Made by a program: the position numbers and the translations under genes | Source: an uncultured Alphaproteobacteria bacterium | GTDB lineage: Bacteria; Pseudomonadota; Alphaproteobacteria; Rhodobacterales; Rhodobacteraceae | NCBI GenBank assembly: GCA_902614945.1 | Contig: CACMNE010000007.1 | Span: forward strand, 1,235 to 65,234 | Direction of reading: 5' to 3' | DNA: 64,000 nucleotides | In this document: piece after piece, positions 41,145 to 52,845 of the stretch | Layout of the letters: each line of letters opens with the position of its first letter | Numbering within the stretch: the first letter of the stretch is position 1 | Notes under the pieces: model-generated | Told to the model about the DNA's origin: nothing | Seen by the model: only the letters and a program-made list of their open reading frames with translations | Databases searched by the model: none

Positions 41145-44100
41145 AAACCTCAGTAAAATTAAAGCTGATAGTTATAAATTTGTAATTATAACTTTAGATT
41201 CTCATAGTGCAGGTCCAGTTTCAAGAGTACAAGCTAAACTAAAACCATTTTTCCCAACATTAGAGATTACTGTTCATGCAGCAGCAGAATGGGCAGAAAA
41301 CCCTAGTTCTTTAGATGCTGCCAAAAAGGATATATTTGATGCAGATATAATAATAGCTAACCTACTATTTTTAGAAGAGCATGTGAGAGCTATATTACCA
41401 ACACTTAAAACAAAAAGAGAGAATTGTGACGCATTAGTGGGTTGCATATCCTCAAAAGAAGTTGTTTCCCTTACAAAAATGGATCGACTTGATATGAGTA
41501 AACCAACAACAGGTTTTTTGAGTCTATTAAAAAAATTAAGGGGTAGTAGCAAATCAGGTAAGCCGGCTAGTGGAAAAAGGCAAATGTCAATATTAAGGCG
41601 CTTGCCAAAAATATTAAAATTTATTCCCGGAAAAGCTCAAGATGTACGTTCTTATTTTCTTACTATGTTATATTGGCTAGGTGGATCTGACGATAATGTT
41701 GAATCAATGATAATATATTTATGTCAGAAATATGGGAAATTGAAAGGAAAGGGTAATTTAGTTGCAAAACCTCCAATTGAATATCCAGAAACAGGTTTAT
41801 ATCACCCTAAACTGAAATCAAGAGTATCAACAGAAATTCGAGATATTCCTGTTAAAAAAAATGTAAAGGGAAAAGTAGGTCTTCTATTAATGAGATCGTA
41901 TGTTTTATCTGGAGACACAGCTCATTATGATGCAGTAATTAGCGAATTAGAAAGTTTGGATTTACAGGTTATTCCAGCATTTTCAGCCAGCTTAGATTCA
42001 AGACCAGCAATCAATGAATTTTTCTATGTAAATAGTAAATTAAATGTTGATTGCATATTATCTTTAACTGGATTTAGCTTGGTTGGAGGTCCTGCATATA
42101 ATGACAGCCAAGCCGCAGAAGAGATTTTATCTAAATTAGATGTACCATATATTGCTGCACATGCTTTGGAATTCCAAACGCTACCAAATTGGGAAGAAAA
42201 TAATTTAGGTTTGGGACCTGTTGAGACTACAATGCTAGTAGCCTTGCCAGAAATTGATGGTGCGATTGCACCAACCGTATTTGGAGGTAGAGTTGCTCAT
42301 GGTTTGGAAATGCAACCCTGTCATGAAAGAGTTAAAAACTTATCATTAAAAGTAAAAAAATATGTAGATCTTCGCACAAAAAACATTAGTGATAAAAAAA
42401 TATCAATTGTATTATATGGGTTCCCTCCAAATGCAGGTGCAGTTGGTACAGCAGCTTATCTAGATGTTTTTCAATCACTATTTAATACACTTTTAAGGTT
42501 AAAAGAAGAAGGTTATTTTGTAGAACTACCTTCAAGTATTGATGAACTTAAAGAAAATATTCTTAATGGTAATAAAGATCGATATGGACAAGAAGCTAAT
42601 GTATACAAAAGAATTTCTGCTGATGATATAGTTTTAAATGAACCATACCTGAAAGATATTGAGGAGACTTGGGGGCCAGCTCCAGGAAAGCTACAATCAG
42701 ATGGTTCAGGTTTGTTTATTTTAGGCCAGAAATTTGGAAATATATTTATAGGAATTCAACCGGTTTTTGGTTATGAAGGTGATCCTATGAGACTTCTATT
42801 TGAAAAAGGTTTTGCTCCTACACATGCGTTTAATACATTTTACAGATTTATTAGGAATGAAATTAAATCGGATGCGATTATTCATTTTGGAATGCATGGA
42901 GCGCTTGAGTTCATGCCTGGTAAAAAATCTGGTGTCAGCGAAAGTTGTTGGCCAGATAGATTAATTGGGGAAATACCAAATATTTATATTTATGCTGCAA
43001 ATAACCCTAGTGAGGGCTCATTAGCAAAGCGAAGATCCAATGCTGTGATTATCTCCCACCTCACGCCACCTTTATCTAAAGCAGGATTATACAAAGGTCT
43101 TTTAGAGTTAAAAGAATCTCTCATTCAATTTAGACAAGAGCATGACAAAACAAAAAATTTGTCTGATCTGAAACAGCTTATCAAAGATCAAGCCGAAGCT
43201 CTTGAAATTGACTTTGGGAATGATTTTGAAATACTTAAATCTAAACTATATGAATTAGAAGAAGCACTAATCCCAGAGGGGCTTCACATAATTGGATCAC
43301 CACCCTCTAAAAATGCACGAGATAGTTATCTTGACGTAATTCCTGGTTTAGAAAATAAAAAAGATCGCGATCATTTTGATCAGTTGCTGACTGTTGATTG
43401 TGAGCTACAAGGACTAATGGATGCACTTAACGGAAAATATATAAAACCTGTTCCTGGTGGTGATATTATTAGATCTCCAGAAATACTTCCAACAGGAAGA
43501 AATATGCATGCTTTTGATCCATTTCGAATGCCAACAAGTTTTGCAATGCAGGAAGGTAAAAATCAAACTAAAGCATTACTAGAGGCTCAAAGTAAAATGC
43601 CTGAAACAGTAGCAATGGTTCTTTGGGGTTCAGATAATATAAAAACAGATGGTGGTTCTATTGCACAAGCTATGAACCTTATGGGTGCAAAACCATTTTT
43701 TGATGATTATGGAAGACTTTCTGGGGCTGAATTAATTCCGTTAGAAGAATTAGGTAGGCCAAGAATTGATGTTTTGATGACACTATCTGGAATTTTCAGA
43801 GATTTGTTGCCACTACAAATAAAAATGTTGGCAGATGCAGCAAAAAAAGCTGCCTTAGCTGATGAACCCTTGGAGATGAATTATGTAAAACGAAATACAC
43901 TGGACTTTGTTAAAAAACACACTTTTAAAATTGAGCAAGCAGTACTTCGTGTTTTTTCTAATGCGGAGGGAACTTATGGATCAAACGTAAATCATCTTGT
44001 AAGTTCAGCTACTTGGGATGAAGAAGATCAACTAGCAGATACTTACGAAAATCGTAAAAGTTATGCTTATGATTCAAAAGGTAAGTGTTCTCGGCAAACA

Positions 44101-44673
44101 CAATTACTACAAGCAATATTGGAACAAGTTGATTGTACTTATCAAAATTTAGAAAGTGTAGAACTAGGAGTAACAACTGTTGATCATTATTTCGATACTT
44201 TAGGGGGAATAACTAGAGCTGTAAAAAGAGCAAGAGGTGAGGATACACCTGTTTACATAGGTGATCAAACAAGAGGAGGGTCAAAAGTACGAGCACTGGC
44301 AGATCAAATCGCCCTTGAAACTCGCTCAAGGTCTTTAAATCCAAAATGGTTTGAGCCACTACTCAAGCATGGTTATGAGGGGGTAAGACATATTGAAAGT
44401 CAGGTCACAAATACCCTTGGTTGGTCTGCTACTACAGGTCAAGTTGAACCATGGGTTTATGGAAAATTATCAGAAACATTTATCTTAGATGAGGAAATGA
44501 GAAGAAGACTTGCTTCATTGAATCCAGCAGCAAGCTTAAGAGTAGCAAATAGATTGATGGAAGCTCATGATAGGTCTTATTGGGAGCCAGATGAAGAAAC
44601 GCTGGAAGCATTGAGAGATTCACTTGCAGAATTGGAAGATAATCTAGAAGGAGTGAAGCTTGCAGCAGAATAA
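41134..44673 (+). CDS. bchH: Mg-protoporphyrin IX chelatase large subunit H
   Basis: About 1180 aa of the CobN/BchH family ([13 protein letters not shown]..., [14 protein letters not shown]). ATG 41134 overlaps the bchB end by 11 nt. ATG 41116 is also possible. Confidence 0.96.
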
Positions 44674-44684
44674 AAAAATTTTAA

Positions 44685-45626
<942 letters not shown>

Positions 45627-45628
45627 AA

Positions 45629-46318
45629 ATGAGAACTTATTCTCAAAATAGAGATAGAATAGCCGAATACTTCGATAAAACAGGTTTTCGAGCATGGGAA
45701 GCTTTGACAACTGAAACACCTGTATCAAAAATTAGATTAAAAGTTAGAGCAAGTAGAGAGAAGATGAGAAGTAAAATGTTATTACATTTACCAAAGGATC
45801 TCTCTGGAAAAAGAATTTTAGATGCCGGATGTGGTGCTGGCCAATTTTCTATTGAGTTAGCTCTAAGGGGAGCTAATGTTTTAGGTATAGATATTTCATC
45901 GAATCTAATTGAAATAGCTAAAAAAAGATTGCCTAAAAATCTTAAAGAAAATGCTGAATTTATTACATCCGATATGATGCAAAATCATGGAAGTTTTGAC
46001 TACGCTATATTGATGGATAGTTTAATTCATTATCCTGAAAAAGATACTGTTAATATTTTAGAAAACTTACTGAGAAACACTAATGAAAAAATATTATTTA
46101 CCTTAGTTCCTTCAAATTTTATTCTAACATTAAAACTGATGATAGGCCGTCTTTTCCCAAAATCAGATCGTTCTCCTACTTTATCACCATTAAATACCAA
46201 ATCTTTTATTGAAATATATAAAGATAAATTTGAGAGAGAATATAATGCTACTATTTCCAGGATTAGTAAAGTCAATGATCTTTTTTATACATCTGAGTTT
46301 CTAGAATTGAGAAAATGA
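45629..46318 (+). CDS. bchM: Mg-protoporphyrin IX methyltransferase
   Basis: SAM motif ILDAGCGAGQFS. 229 aa, between bchL and lhaA. Confidence 0.93.
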   Translation: MRTYSQNRDRIAEYFDKTGFRAWEALTTETPVSKIRLKVRASREKMRSKMLLHLPKDLSGKRILDAGCGAGQFSIELALRGANVLGIDISSNLIEIAKKRLPKNLKENAEFITSDMMQNHGSFDYAILMDSLIHYPEKDTVNILENLLRNTNEKILFTLVPSNFILTLKLMIGRLFPKSDRSPTLSPLNTKSFIEIYKDKFEREYNATISRISKVNDLFYTSEFLELRK

Positions 46319-47748
46319 TTATTTCTAAAGAACATATATTCAAAATAAGTAAAAATATTTTACCTTTTTCGGATGCTGGAAGTACAAACTTCTCTTTGTT
46401 TCAACTTTTGAGATTATCTCTTTTTCAAATATCTGTAGGAATGGCTACAGTTATGTTAGCAGGTACATTAAATAGAGTAATGATTGTAGAGCTTTTAGTT
46501 CCAGCATCACTAGTGGCTATAATGATTGCAATACCAGTTTTAATTGCGCCACTTAGAACTTTCTATGGCCATAAATCAGACACTTATAAGTCTTTCATTG
46601 GATGGAAAAGAATACCTTATATGTGGTTTGGTAGCTTGTTCCAGTTTGGAGGTCTTGCGATAATGCCTTTTGCCATAATTATACTTTCTGGTGATCAAAC
46701 TGTGGGTCCAAGTTGGGCAGGAGAAGTTTTGGTTGCAATTGCTTTCTTATTTACTGGAATTGGAATGCATATTACTCAAACGGTTGGATTAGCTTTAGCA
46801 GCCGATAGAGCAACAAAAGAAAATCGACCAAGAGTGGTAGCTTTACTTTATTTTATGTTTCTATTTGGAATGGGAATTTCAGCTGTAGTAATTGGTATTT
46901 TATTAGCAGATTTTTCTAAGTTACGTTTAATACAGGTAGTTCAAGGATCCGCAGTACTTACATTAATTCTTAATCTTGTAGCGGTTTGGCGACAGGAACA
47001 AATAATTATTAATCAACAGAAAAATGACAAATCTGAAAAGTTTTTTTTATCATGGAAAAAATTTATTTCTGATCGAAAAACAAAGAGTTTAATTTGGGTT
47101 GTTTTCTGGGGAACTTTGGCTTTTTCAATGCAAGATGTGTTATTGGAACCATATGGTGGTCAAATTTTAGGATTAAGTGTTTCTGAAACAACAAATCTTA
47201 CAGGAGTATGGGCTTTGGGTGCACTTCTTGGTTTGGCACTGGCTGCCAATAATTCAAAAAAGACAATTTCTTCTGTAAGTAATGCAATGACAGCGCTTCT
47301 CATAGGTATAGTAGGTTTCTCTGCCATAATATTTTCAAGCCCTATGCAATTTCCTTTTTTATATTTTCTTGGAACATTATTTATTGGATTTGGAACAGGC
47401 TTATTTTCAGTTTCACTACTAATAATTGCAATGGCATTGTCATCAAAAACTAATTTAGGCAGTGGTTTTATTTTAGGTTCTTGGGGTGCAGCTCAAGCCT
47501 TAGGAGCTGGATTGGGTATAGCTGTGGGTGGAATATTACGTGATGTAGTTAATAAAATCGCGCTCTCTGGTTATTTAGGGTCAACTTTTGAAAACAATTC
47601 GATAGGTTATATTTTTGTATACCACTTGGAAATTTTATTCATTTTTATAACTTTGATTGTCCTTGGGATGCTTTCACAAGAAATAAATAAAGGGAAAATT
47701 AAAGATCATGACCAAAAAAGCTTTGGATTGACTGAAATACCATCATAA
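46315..47748 (+). CDS. lhaA: LH1 assembly factor LhaA (PucC family)
   Basis: 477 aa with about 12 TM helices. ATGA overlap with bchM. Canonical position after bchM. Confidence 0.9.
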   Translation: MIISKEHIFKISKNILPFSDAGSTNFSLFQLLRLSLFQISVGMATVMLAGTLNRVMIVELLVPASLVAIMIAIPVLIAPLRTFYGHKSDTYKSFIGWKRIPYMWFGSLFQFGGLAIMPFAIIILSGDQTVGPSWAGEVLVAIAFLFTGIGMHITQTVGLALAADRATKENRPRVVALLYFMFLFGMGISAVVIGILLADFSKLRLIQVVQGSAVLTLILNLVAVWRQEQIIINQQKNDKSEKFFLSWKKFISDRKTKSLIWVVFWGTLAFSMQDVLLEPYGGQILGLSVSETTNLTGVWALGALLGLALAANNSKKTISSVSNAMTALLIGIVGFSAIIFSSPMQFPFLYFLGTLFIGFGTGLFSVSLLIIAMALSSKTNLGSGFILGSWGAAQALGAGLGIAVGGILRDVVNKIALSGYLGSTFENNSIGYIFVYHLEILFIFITLIVLGMLSQEINKGKIKDHDQKSFGLTEIPS

Positions 47749-47760
47749 TAGGGAAAAAGA

Positions 47761-48405
47761 ATGTATAAGATAAATAATACACCACCAAAAGACATATTAA
47801 GTGTTATTCCTAAAGATGAGGAGATAATTTGGCATGGTAGGCCAGATTTGAGAAGATTTTGTTTAACTGCAATAGGAATAAAGTATATTCTGGTTTATCT
47901 AATTATAATTACCTGTTCTATAATTTACACAAGGTATGGTGATTTCAATTTAATTACTATTTTACAGGTGCTTGTCCCTTATTTATTGAGTTGTTGTTTA
48001 GCTATTATACTACTAGTCATTGTTGGAATTTCACAAGTTTTACCAACAGTTTATGTAATTACAAGTAAGCGAGTAATTATTAAAAGTGGCTTGGCACTAA
48101 TTTTTATGCTTAATGTTCCATTTGATAAGATTGCTAGTATTGACAAAAATCATTATAGTGATGGATCTGGAAATATTTCATTTAAACTTATTAGCAATAA
48201 AAGAGTTCCTTTTTTTGCAAGCTGGCCAAGTGTAAGGCCTTGGTACTTCAGTAATCCTGAGCCAACATTCAGATGTATTGCTGATGTAGATGTTATAGCT
48301 TTAAAATTATCGGAGGCAGCTCAATCTAGAGTTTCTGAAGTAAATTTAAAAAAGATAAATGATATTAAAAACGTTAAAATGCAAGATGGGGGGATAACTG
48401 CATGA
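47761..48405 (+). CDS. puhB: RC assembly protein PuhB
   Basis: 214 aa with two or three TM segments and a PH-like (YdbS-type) domain. Assigned by synteny after lhaA, where puhA would normally intervene. Confidence 0.8.
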   Translation: MYKINNTPPKDILSVIPKDEEIIWHGRPDLRRFCLTAIGIKYILVYLIIITCSIIYTRYGDFNLITILQVLVPYLLSCCLAIILLVIVGISQVLPTVYVITSKRVIIKSGLALIFMLNVPFDKIASIDKNHYSDGSGNISFKLISNKRVPFFASWPSVRPWYFSNPEPTFRCIADVDVIALKLSEAAQSRVSEVNLKKINDIKNVKMQDGGITA

Positions 48406-48851
48406 GAGAAAACACTGGGACACATGAAAAAGAAGTAATTCCTATACGATTAGTACAAGCAGTTGGAGCATTACTTTTAGTCACATTATTAATGGTTGGA
48501 TATGCAAGACTGTCTGATATGCCACTTATTGGAACTCCTAAACAAGTTCCAGTGGTTTCTGAAACTTCCTTAGAATTTATTAAGCAGAAAAATGGATCTG
48601 TTTCTATATTTAACAAAAATGGTCAGGAAATTATTAATTCAAGGGCTGGTCCATATGGTTTTATAGTAGTAGTATATAATGGTTTTATGTCAGAAAGGAA
48701 AAAGAAAGAAATTGATATTAACAATCCACTAAAACTTATTCAATATGAAGACGGTAGACTTACAATTGTTGATGAATCTTCTTCTTGGGATATGCATCTA
48801 AATAGTTTTGGGTCTATGAATACAGCTGTATTTAAGGAATTAATAAAATAA
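48402..48851 (+). CDS. puhC: RC assembly protein PuhC
   Basis: 149 aa with a single N-terminal TM anchor (AVGALLLVTLLMVGY) plus a soluble domain. ATGA overlap with puhB. Confidence 0.8.
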   Translation: MRENTGTHEKEVIPIRLVQAVGALLLVTLLMVGYARLSDMPLIGTPKQVPVVSETSLEFIKQKNGSVSIFNKNGQEIINSRAGPYGFIVVVYNGFMSERKKKEIDINNPLKLIQYEDGRLTIVDESSSWDMHLNSFGSMNTAVFKELIK

Positions 48852-48853
48852 AA

Positions 48854-49162
48854 ATGGGGGGATATTTAAAAATGATAAGAAGAAGAAAAGAAATGACGCC
48901 TTGTACCATAGAAGTATCTCATACTTTTGAGAGTTTGCATGCTCATGTTCGCTTTAATAATGGAGCAATTGTTCATCCGGGAGATGAGGTTATAGTTCAT
49001 GGAGATCCTGTTATTGCTCCCTATGGTAAGGTAGTAATTGAGGACAGAATAGCTACTATAAAAAGAGCAGTTTGGTTTCATAGATTATGGACAAAAATTA
49101 CAGGAAATTTTGAATTTATGGAAATTTGTGAATTTTCTTTTTCAGAGGAGATTTCATTATGA
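48854..49162 (+). CDS. Conserved PGC hypothetical protein between puhC and acsF
   Basis: 102-aa soluble ORF. ATG 48872 (MIRRRK...) follows GGGGGA and may be the true start. The stop overlaps the acsF ATG (ATGA), which implies co-translation with the puh/acsF genes. Confidence 0.65.
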   Translation: MGGYLKMIRRRKEMTPCTIEVSHTFESLHAHVRFNNGAIVHPGDEVIVHGDPVIAPYGKVVIEDRIATIKRAVWFHRLWTKITGNFEFMEICEFSFSEEISL

Positions 49163-50238
49163 AAGAAGTAGATTATCAAAATGAAAGAGTTGATTCAATT
49201 AATGAAACAACCGCTATGGCACATGAAACGACACTACTAAATCCTCGTTTTTATACAACTAATTTTAAAGAAATGGATGAACTTAATGTAGAAAGTGTTA
49301 GAAAAGATTGGGATGAATTAATTTCTGAAATGAAATCAGATCCAAATCGTACACACTTCAAAAAAACAGAAGATTGGGATCAGATAGATTTTAAAAGTTT
49401 AGAACCCGAATTAAGGAAAGAGTTTATTGATTTTTTAGTAAGTTCATTAACAGCAGAATTTTCAGGATGTGTTCTTTACAAGGAAATGAAGAGAAGGGGA
49501 ACTAATAAGGAAATTTGTGAATTATTTTCATACATGTCTAGAGATGAAGCTCGGCACGCTGGTTTTATTAATGATGCTCTTAGGGAAGCTGGTATAGGAG
49601 TAAACCTTGGTTTTCTTACTAGAAAAAAAAATTATACATATTTTACGCCTAAATTTATTTACTATGCCACGTATTTATCAGAAAAAATTGGTTATGCTAG
49701 ATATATAACAATTTATAGACATTTGGAAAAAAATCCTGATAAGCGATTTCATCCAATTTTTAAGTGGTTTGAAAAATGGTGTAATGATGAATTTAGACAT
49801 GGGGAAGCATTTGCTTTAATTATGAAGTCTGATCCTAAATTTACATCTGGATTAAATATATACTGGATTAAATTTTTCTTAGTTGCAGTCTTTGCTACGA
49901 TGGTTATTCGAGACCATGCGAGACCTGCTTTTCATAAAGCACTTGATGTTGATATTGAGTGGTATGATGAAACTGTTCTTAGAATTACTTCAGAAATTAC
50001 TCGACAAGTTTTCCCAATTGAAATTGATTTAGAAAATCCAAAATGGAAATCTGGATTGAAAAAATTATGTGTTACTTTTGATAGTATGGAAAAAGCAAAA
50101 AGGTCAGGTGGTATTAGGGGAAAATTAAAATATTATGCATATTCTACAAAAGCATTAATGATTTTTGTGGGACTTTATTTAATTCCTTCAAAGAAAAATT
50201 TAGTTCCTGAAACTTCAAGACTTCAACCTAGCTATTAA
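49159..50238 (+). CDS. acsF: Aerobic Mg-protoporphyrin IX monomethyl ester oxidative cyclase
   Basis: Di-iron ExxH motifs (SRDEARHAGF and NDEFRHGEAF) and an N-terminal LLNPRFYTT block. Confidence 0.95.
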   Translation: MKEVDYQNERVDSINETTAMAHETTLLNPRFYTTNFKEMDELNVESVRKDWDELISEMKSDPNRTHFKKTEDWDQIDFKSLEPELRKEFIDFLVSSLTAEFSGCVLYKEMKRRGTNKEICELFSYMSRDEARHAGFINDALREAGIGVNLGFLTRKKNYTYFTPKFIYYATYLSEKIGYARYITIYRHLEKNPDKRFHPIFKWFEKWCNDEFRHGEAFALIMKSDPKFTSGLNIYWIKFFLVAVFATMVIRDHARPAFHKALDVDIEWYDETVLRITSEITRQVFPIEIDLENPKWKSGLKKLCVTFDSMEKAKRSGGIRGKLKYYAYSTKALMIFVGLYLIPSKKNLVPETSRLQPSY

Positions 50239-50250
50239 CCTGGAGAATTA

Positions 50251-51111
50251 ATGTATCAAGGAATATTTACAGTTTTTAGTATACCCTGGGTGGCTGCATT
50301 CACAGCAGTATTTTTTTGGTGGTTTTTAACAGGATTGATACTATTCATTGTTAAAAAGGTAGATGAATTGAATCATAAAGCACATATCTTTGTTACACTG
50401 ATTTTGAGTCCAGTAATTTTCTTAGGAATTTATTTATTTTTTAATTCTCTTCCAACGATAACACTGTCATCAATTTATAGTTCATTTTTTGCAAGCTTGT
50501 TAATTTGGGCTTGGTTTGAACTTGCATTTTTGTCTGGATTAATCACGGGGCCTAGTAAACAGCTATGTCCTAAGGATATTAAACAAATGAAACGTTTTGG
50601 TTATGCTTTATCTAATATTGCTTATTCAGAGTTAATTCTCTTTATTACTTTATTAATTATGTTTTATTTTTCATTTAATGCTGAAAATACAGTAGGTTTA
50701 TGGACATTTTGGATTTTATTTTTTGCTAGAATTTGTGCGAAGTTGAATTTATTCCTGGGAGTGCCAAACGTGAATACAGAATTCTTACCTTCTCCTGTTG
50801 TGCATCTTGCTAGTTACTTTAGGGTTGGGAGTACAAGTTGGTTTTTTCCAGTTTCAATATCATTGATATCATTTACCCTATTTTTCTTAGTAGATAGTAT
50901 TTTTAATGCAAACAACCAAACTCCATCAGTGATAGGCTATACTTTGTTAGCGTCACTAACTACTTTAGCCTTAATTGAGCACTGGTTTATGGTTGTACCA
51001 TTAAGAGATGCAGAACTCTGGAAATGGATGTTGCCAAAGCAAAAAAAAGATACAAATATAAATAATGAATCTAGTGAAAATTTTAGTTCGGAGAAAATTC
51101 ATGGATTATGA
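50251..51111 (+). CDS. puhE: PuhE membrane protein
   Basis: 286 aa with about 7 TM helices, located between acsF and hemA as in Roseobacter-type PGCs. Confidence 0.82.
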   Translation: MYQGIFTVFSIPWVAAFTAVFFWWFLTGLILFIVKKVDELNHKAHIFVTLILSPVIFLGIYLFFNSLPTITLSSIYSSFFASLLIWAWFELAFLSGLITGPSKQLCPKDIKQMKRFGYALSNIAYSELILFITLLIMFYFSFNAENTVGLWTFWILFFARICAKLNLFLGVPNVNTEFLPSPVVHLASYFRVGSTSWFFPVSISLISFTLFFLVDSIFNANNQTPSVIGYTLLASLTTLALIEHWFMVVPLRDAELWKWMLPKQKKDTNINNESSENFSSEKIHGL

Positions 51112-52318
51112 CCATTTATTTAATTCACAACTTCAAAAGTTAAAAGACGAAGGAAATTACAGAATTTTTGCCGAACTTGAAAGATGTCAAGGTAACTTTC
51201 CTAAGGCTAAAAATTATTTCAAAAGTAATAAAACTTCAGAGGTTACCGTTTGGTGTTCAAATGATTATTTAGGTATGGGACAAAATCCAAGTGTTTTATC
51301 ATCAATAAAAAATGCCTTGAATGAGTGTGGAGCTGGAGCTGGAGGGACAAGGAATATTTCTGGAACAAACCACTATCATGTTCTACTTGAAAAAGAATTA
51401 GCAGATTTGCATAAAAAGGAGTCTGCATTATTGTTTACATCAGGATATATTTCAAATTGGGCAACTCTTTCAACTTTAGGTGCACGGTTGCCAGGCTGTA
51501 CTATTTTATCTGATGAAAAAAACCATGCTTCTATGATAGAGGGAATAAGACATTCTCGAGCAGGTAAGCTAATTTGGAAACATAATGATCCAGAAGATTT
51601 AAGAAATAAATTATCCTCTTTACCCAATGATGCTCCAAAAATAGTTGCATTTGAAAGTGTTTATTCTATGGATGGCGATATTGCGCCAATAGATGAAATT
51701 TGTGATGTTGCAAAAGAATTTGGTGCAATGACTTATTTAGATGAGGTCCATGCTGTAGGTCTTTATGGAAAAAGTGGAGGTGGAATCTCAGAACTAGAAA
51801 ATGTAGCACATAAAGTTGATCTTATTGAGGGTACTCTTGGTAAAGCTTATGGTGTAGTAGGTGGCTATATTACGGGCTCAAATGTGCTTTGTGATTTTAT
51901 TCGTTCATTTTCTAGTGGTTTTATTTTTACAACTGCTCTTCCTCCCGCAGTTGCAGCCGGTGCCTTAAGTTCAGTGAAACATTTAAAAACAAGTCAAATT
52001 GAACGTGATAATCAAAAAGTGAAGGTAACTTATTTAAGGAGCAAATTGGATTCTATGGGTATTCCTCATTTAATGAATCCAAGCCATATAGTTCCTGTTA
52101 TGATCAAAGATTCTATTAAATGCAAACAAATAAGTGATATTTTACTTAATGATTACTCAATCTATGTTCAGCCAATTAATTATCCCACTGTGCCCAAAGG
52201 TACTGAAAGGTTGAGATTTACACCATCGCCATTACATACATATGATGATATTGATTATCTAGTTAAAAGTTTAGCTTCTCTATGGAAGCAGTGTGCCTTA
52301 TCTAGGGTAGTTGCTTAA
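51101..52318 (+). CDS. hemA: 5-aminolevulinate synthase
   Basis: MDYDHLFNSQLQKLKDEGNYRIFAELER..., PLP lysine region EGTLGKAYG, SMDGDIAP. ATG 51101 follows GGAG and overlaps the puhE end by 11 nt. Confidence 0.95.
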   Translation: MDYDHLFNSQLQKLKDEGNYRIFAELERCQGNFPKAKNYFKSNKTSEVTVWCSNDYLGMGQNPSVLSSIKNALNECGAGAGGTRNISGTNHYHVLLEKELADLHKKESALLFTSGYISNWATLSTLGARLPGCTILSDEKNHASMIEGIRHSRAGKLIWKHNDPEDLRNKLSSLPNDAPKIVAFESVYSMDGDIAPIDEICDVAKEFGAMTYLDEVHAVGLYGKSGGGISELENVAHKVDLIEGTLGKAYGVVGGYITGSNVLCDFIRSFSSGFIFTTALPPAVAAGALSSVKHLKTSQIERDNQKVKVTYLRSKLDSMGIPHLMNPSHIVPVMIKDSIKCKQISDILLNDYSIYVQPINYPTVPKGTERLRFTPSPLHTYDDIDYLVKSLASLWKQCALSRVVA

Positions 52319-52397
52319 ATAGTTTGCCATTATCTTTTAATTAGAGTAAATCATTTTCGTTAAAGATATAAATATAATTTTTTTATATGAGGGAAAA

Positions 52398-52841
52398 ATG
52401 AGAAAGCTTTTTTTAATTATTACTACAATAATTTTTACTTTTACTTTTAATTCTGTTTTTGCTGCTGAAATTGAAGTTAAAATGCTTAATAAAGATGCGG
52501 ACGGTAATAAAATGATATTTGAGCCAATGCTAATAATGGCAGAAAAGGGAGATACGGTTACTTTTTTACCCACGGAGAAAGGACATATGGCAGCGAGTAT
52601 TAAAGGTATGTTACCAAAAGGTATTAAAAAGTTTAAAGGTAAAATCAATAAACCAGTAAGTATCGTGGTTTCAGAAGATGGCCTTTATGGTGTGAAATGT
52701 ACACCACATTTAGCAAATGGAATGGTAGCACTTATAGCTGTTGGTGATGTTAATACAGATGGTTTCTTAGACGGAGTTAAATTACCAAAGAAATCAAAAG
52801 CTAGAATGGAAGAAATGCTCGCTCAATTAGCAGCAAAGTAA
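52398..52841 (+). CDS. Pseudoazurin (type 1 blue copper protein), periplasmic
   Basis: Signal peptide ending SVFA-AE. EIEVKMLNKDADGNKMIFEP..GDTVTFLPTEKGH..YGVKCTPHLANGMVALIAVG matches the pseudoazurin pattern, with His, Cys, His and Met copper ligands. Confidence 0.9.
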   Translation: MRKLFLIITTIIFTFTFNSVFAAEIEVKMLNKDADGNKMIFEPMLIMAEKGDTVTFLPTEKGHMAASIKGMLPKGIKKFKGKINKPVSIVVSEDGLYGVKCTPHLANGMVALIAVGDVNTDGFLDGVKLPKKSKARMEEMLAQLAAK

Positions 52842-52845
52842 ATGT

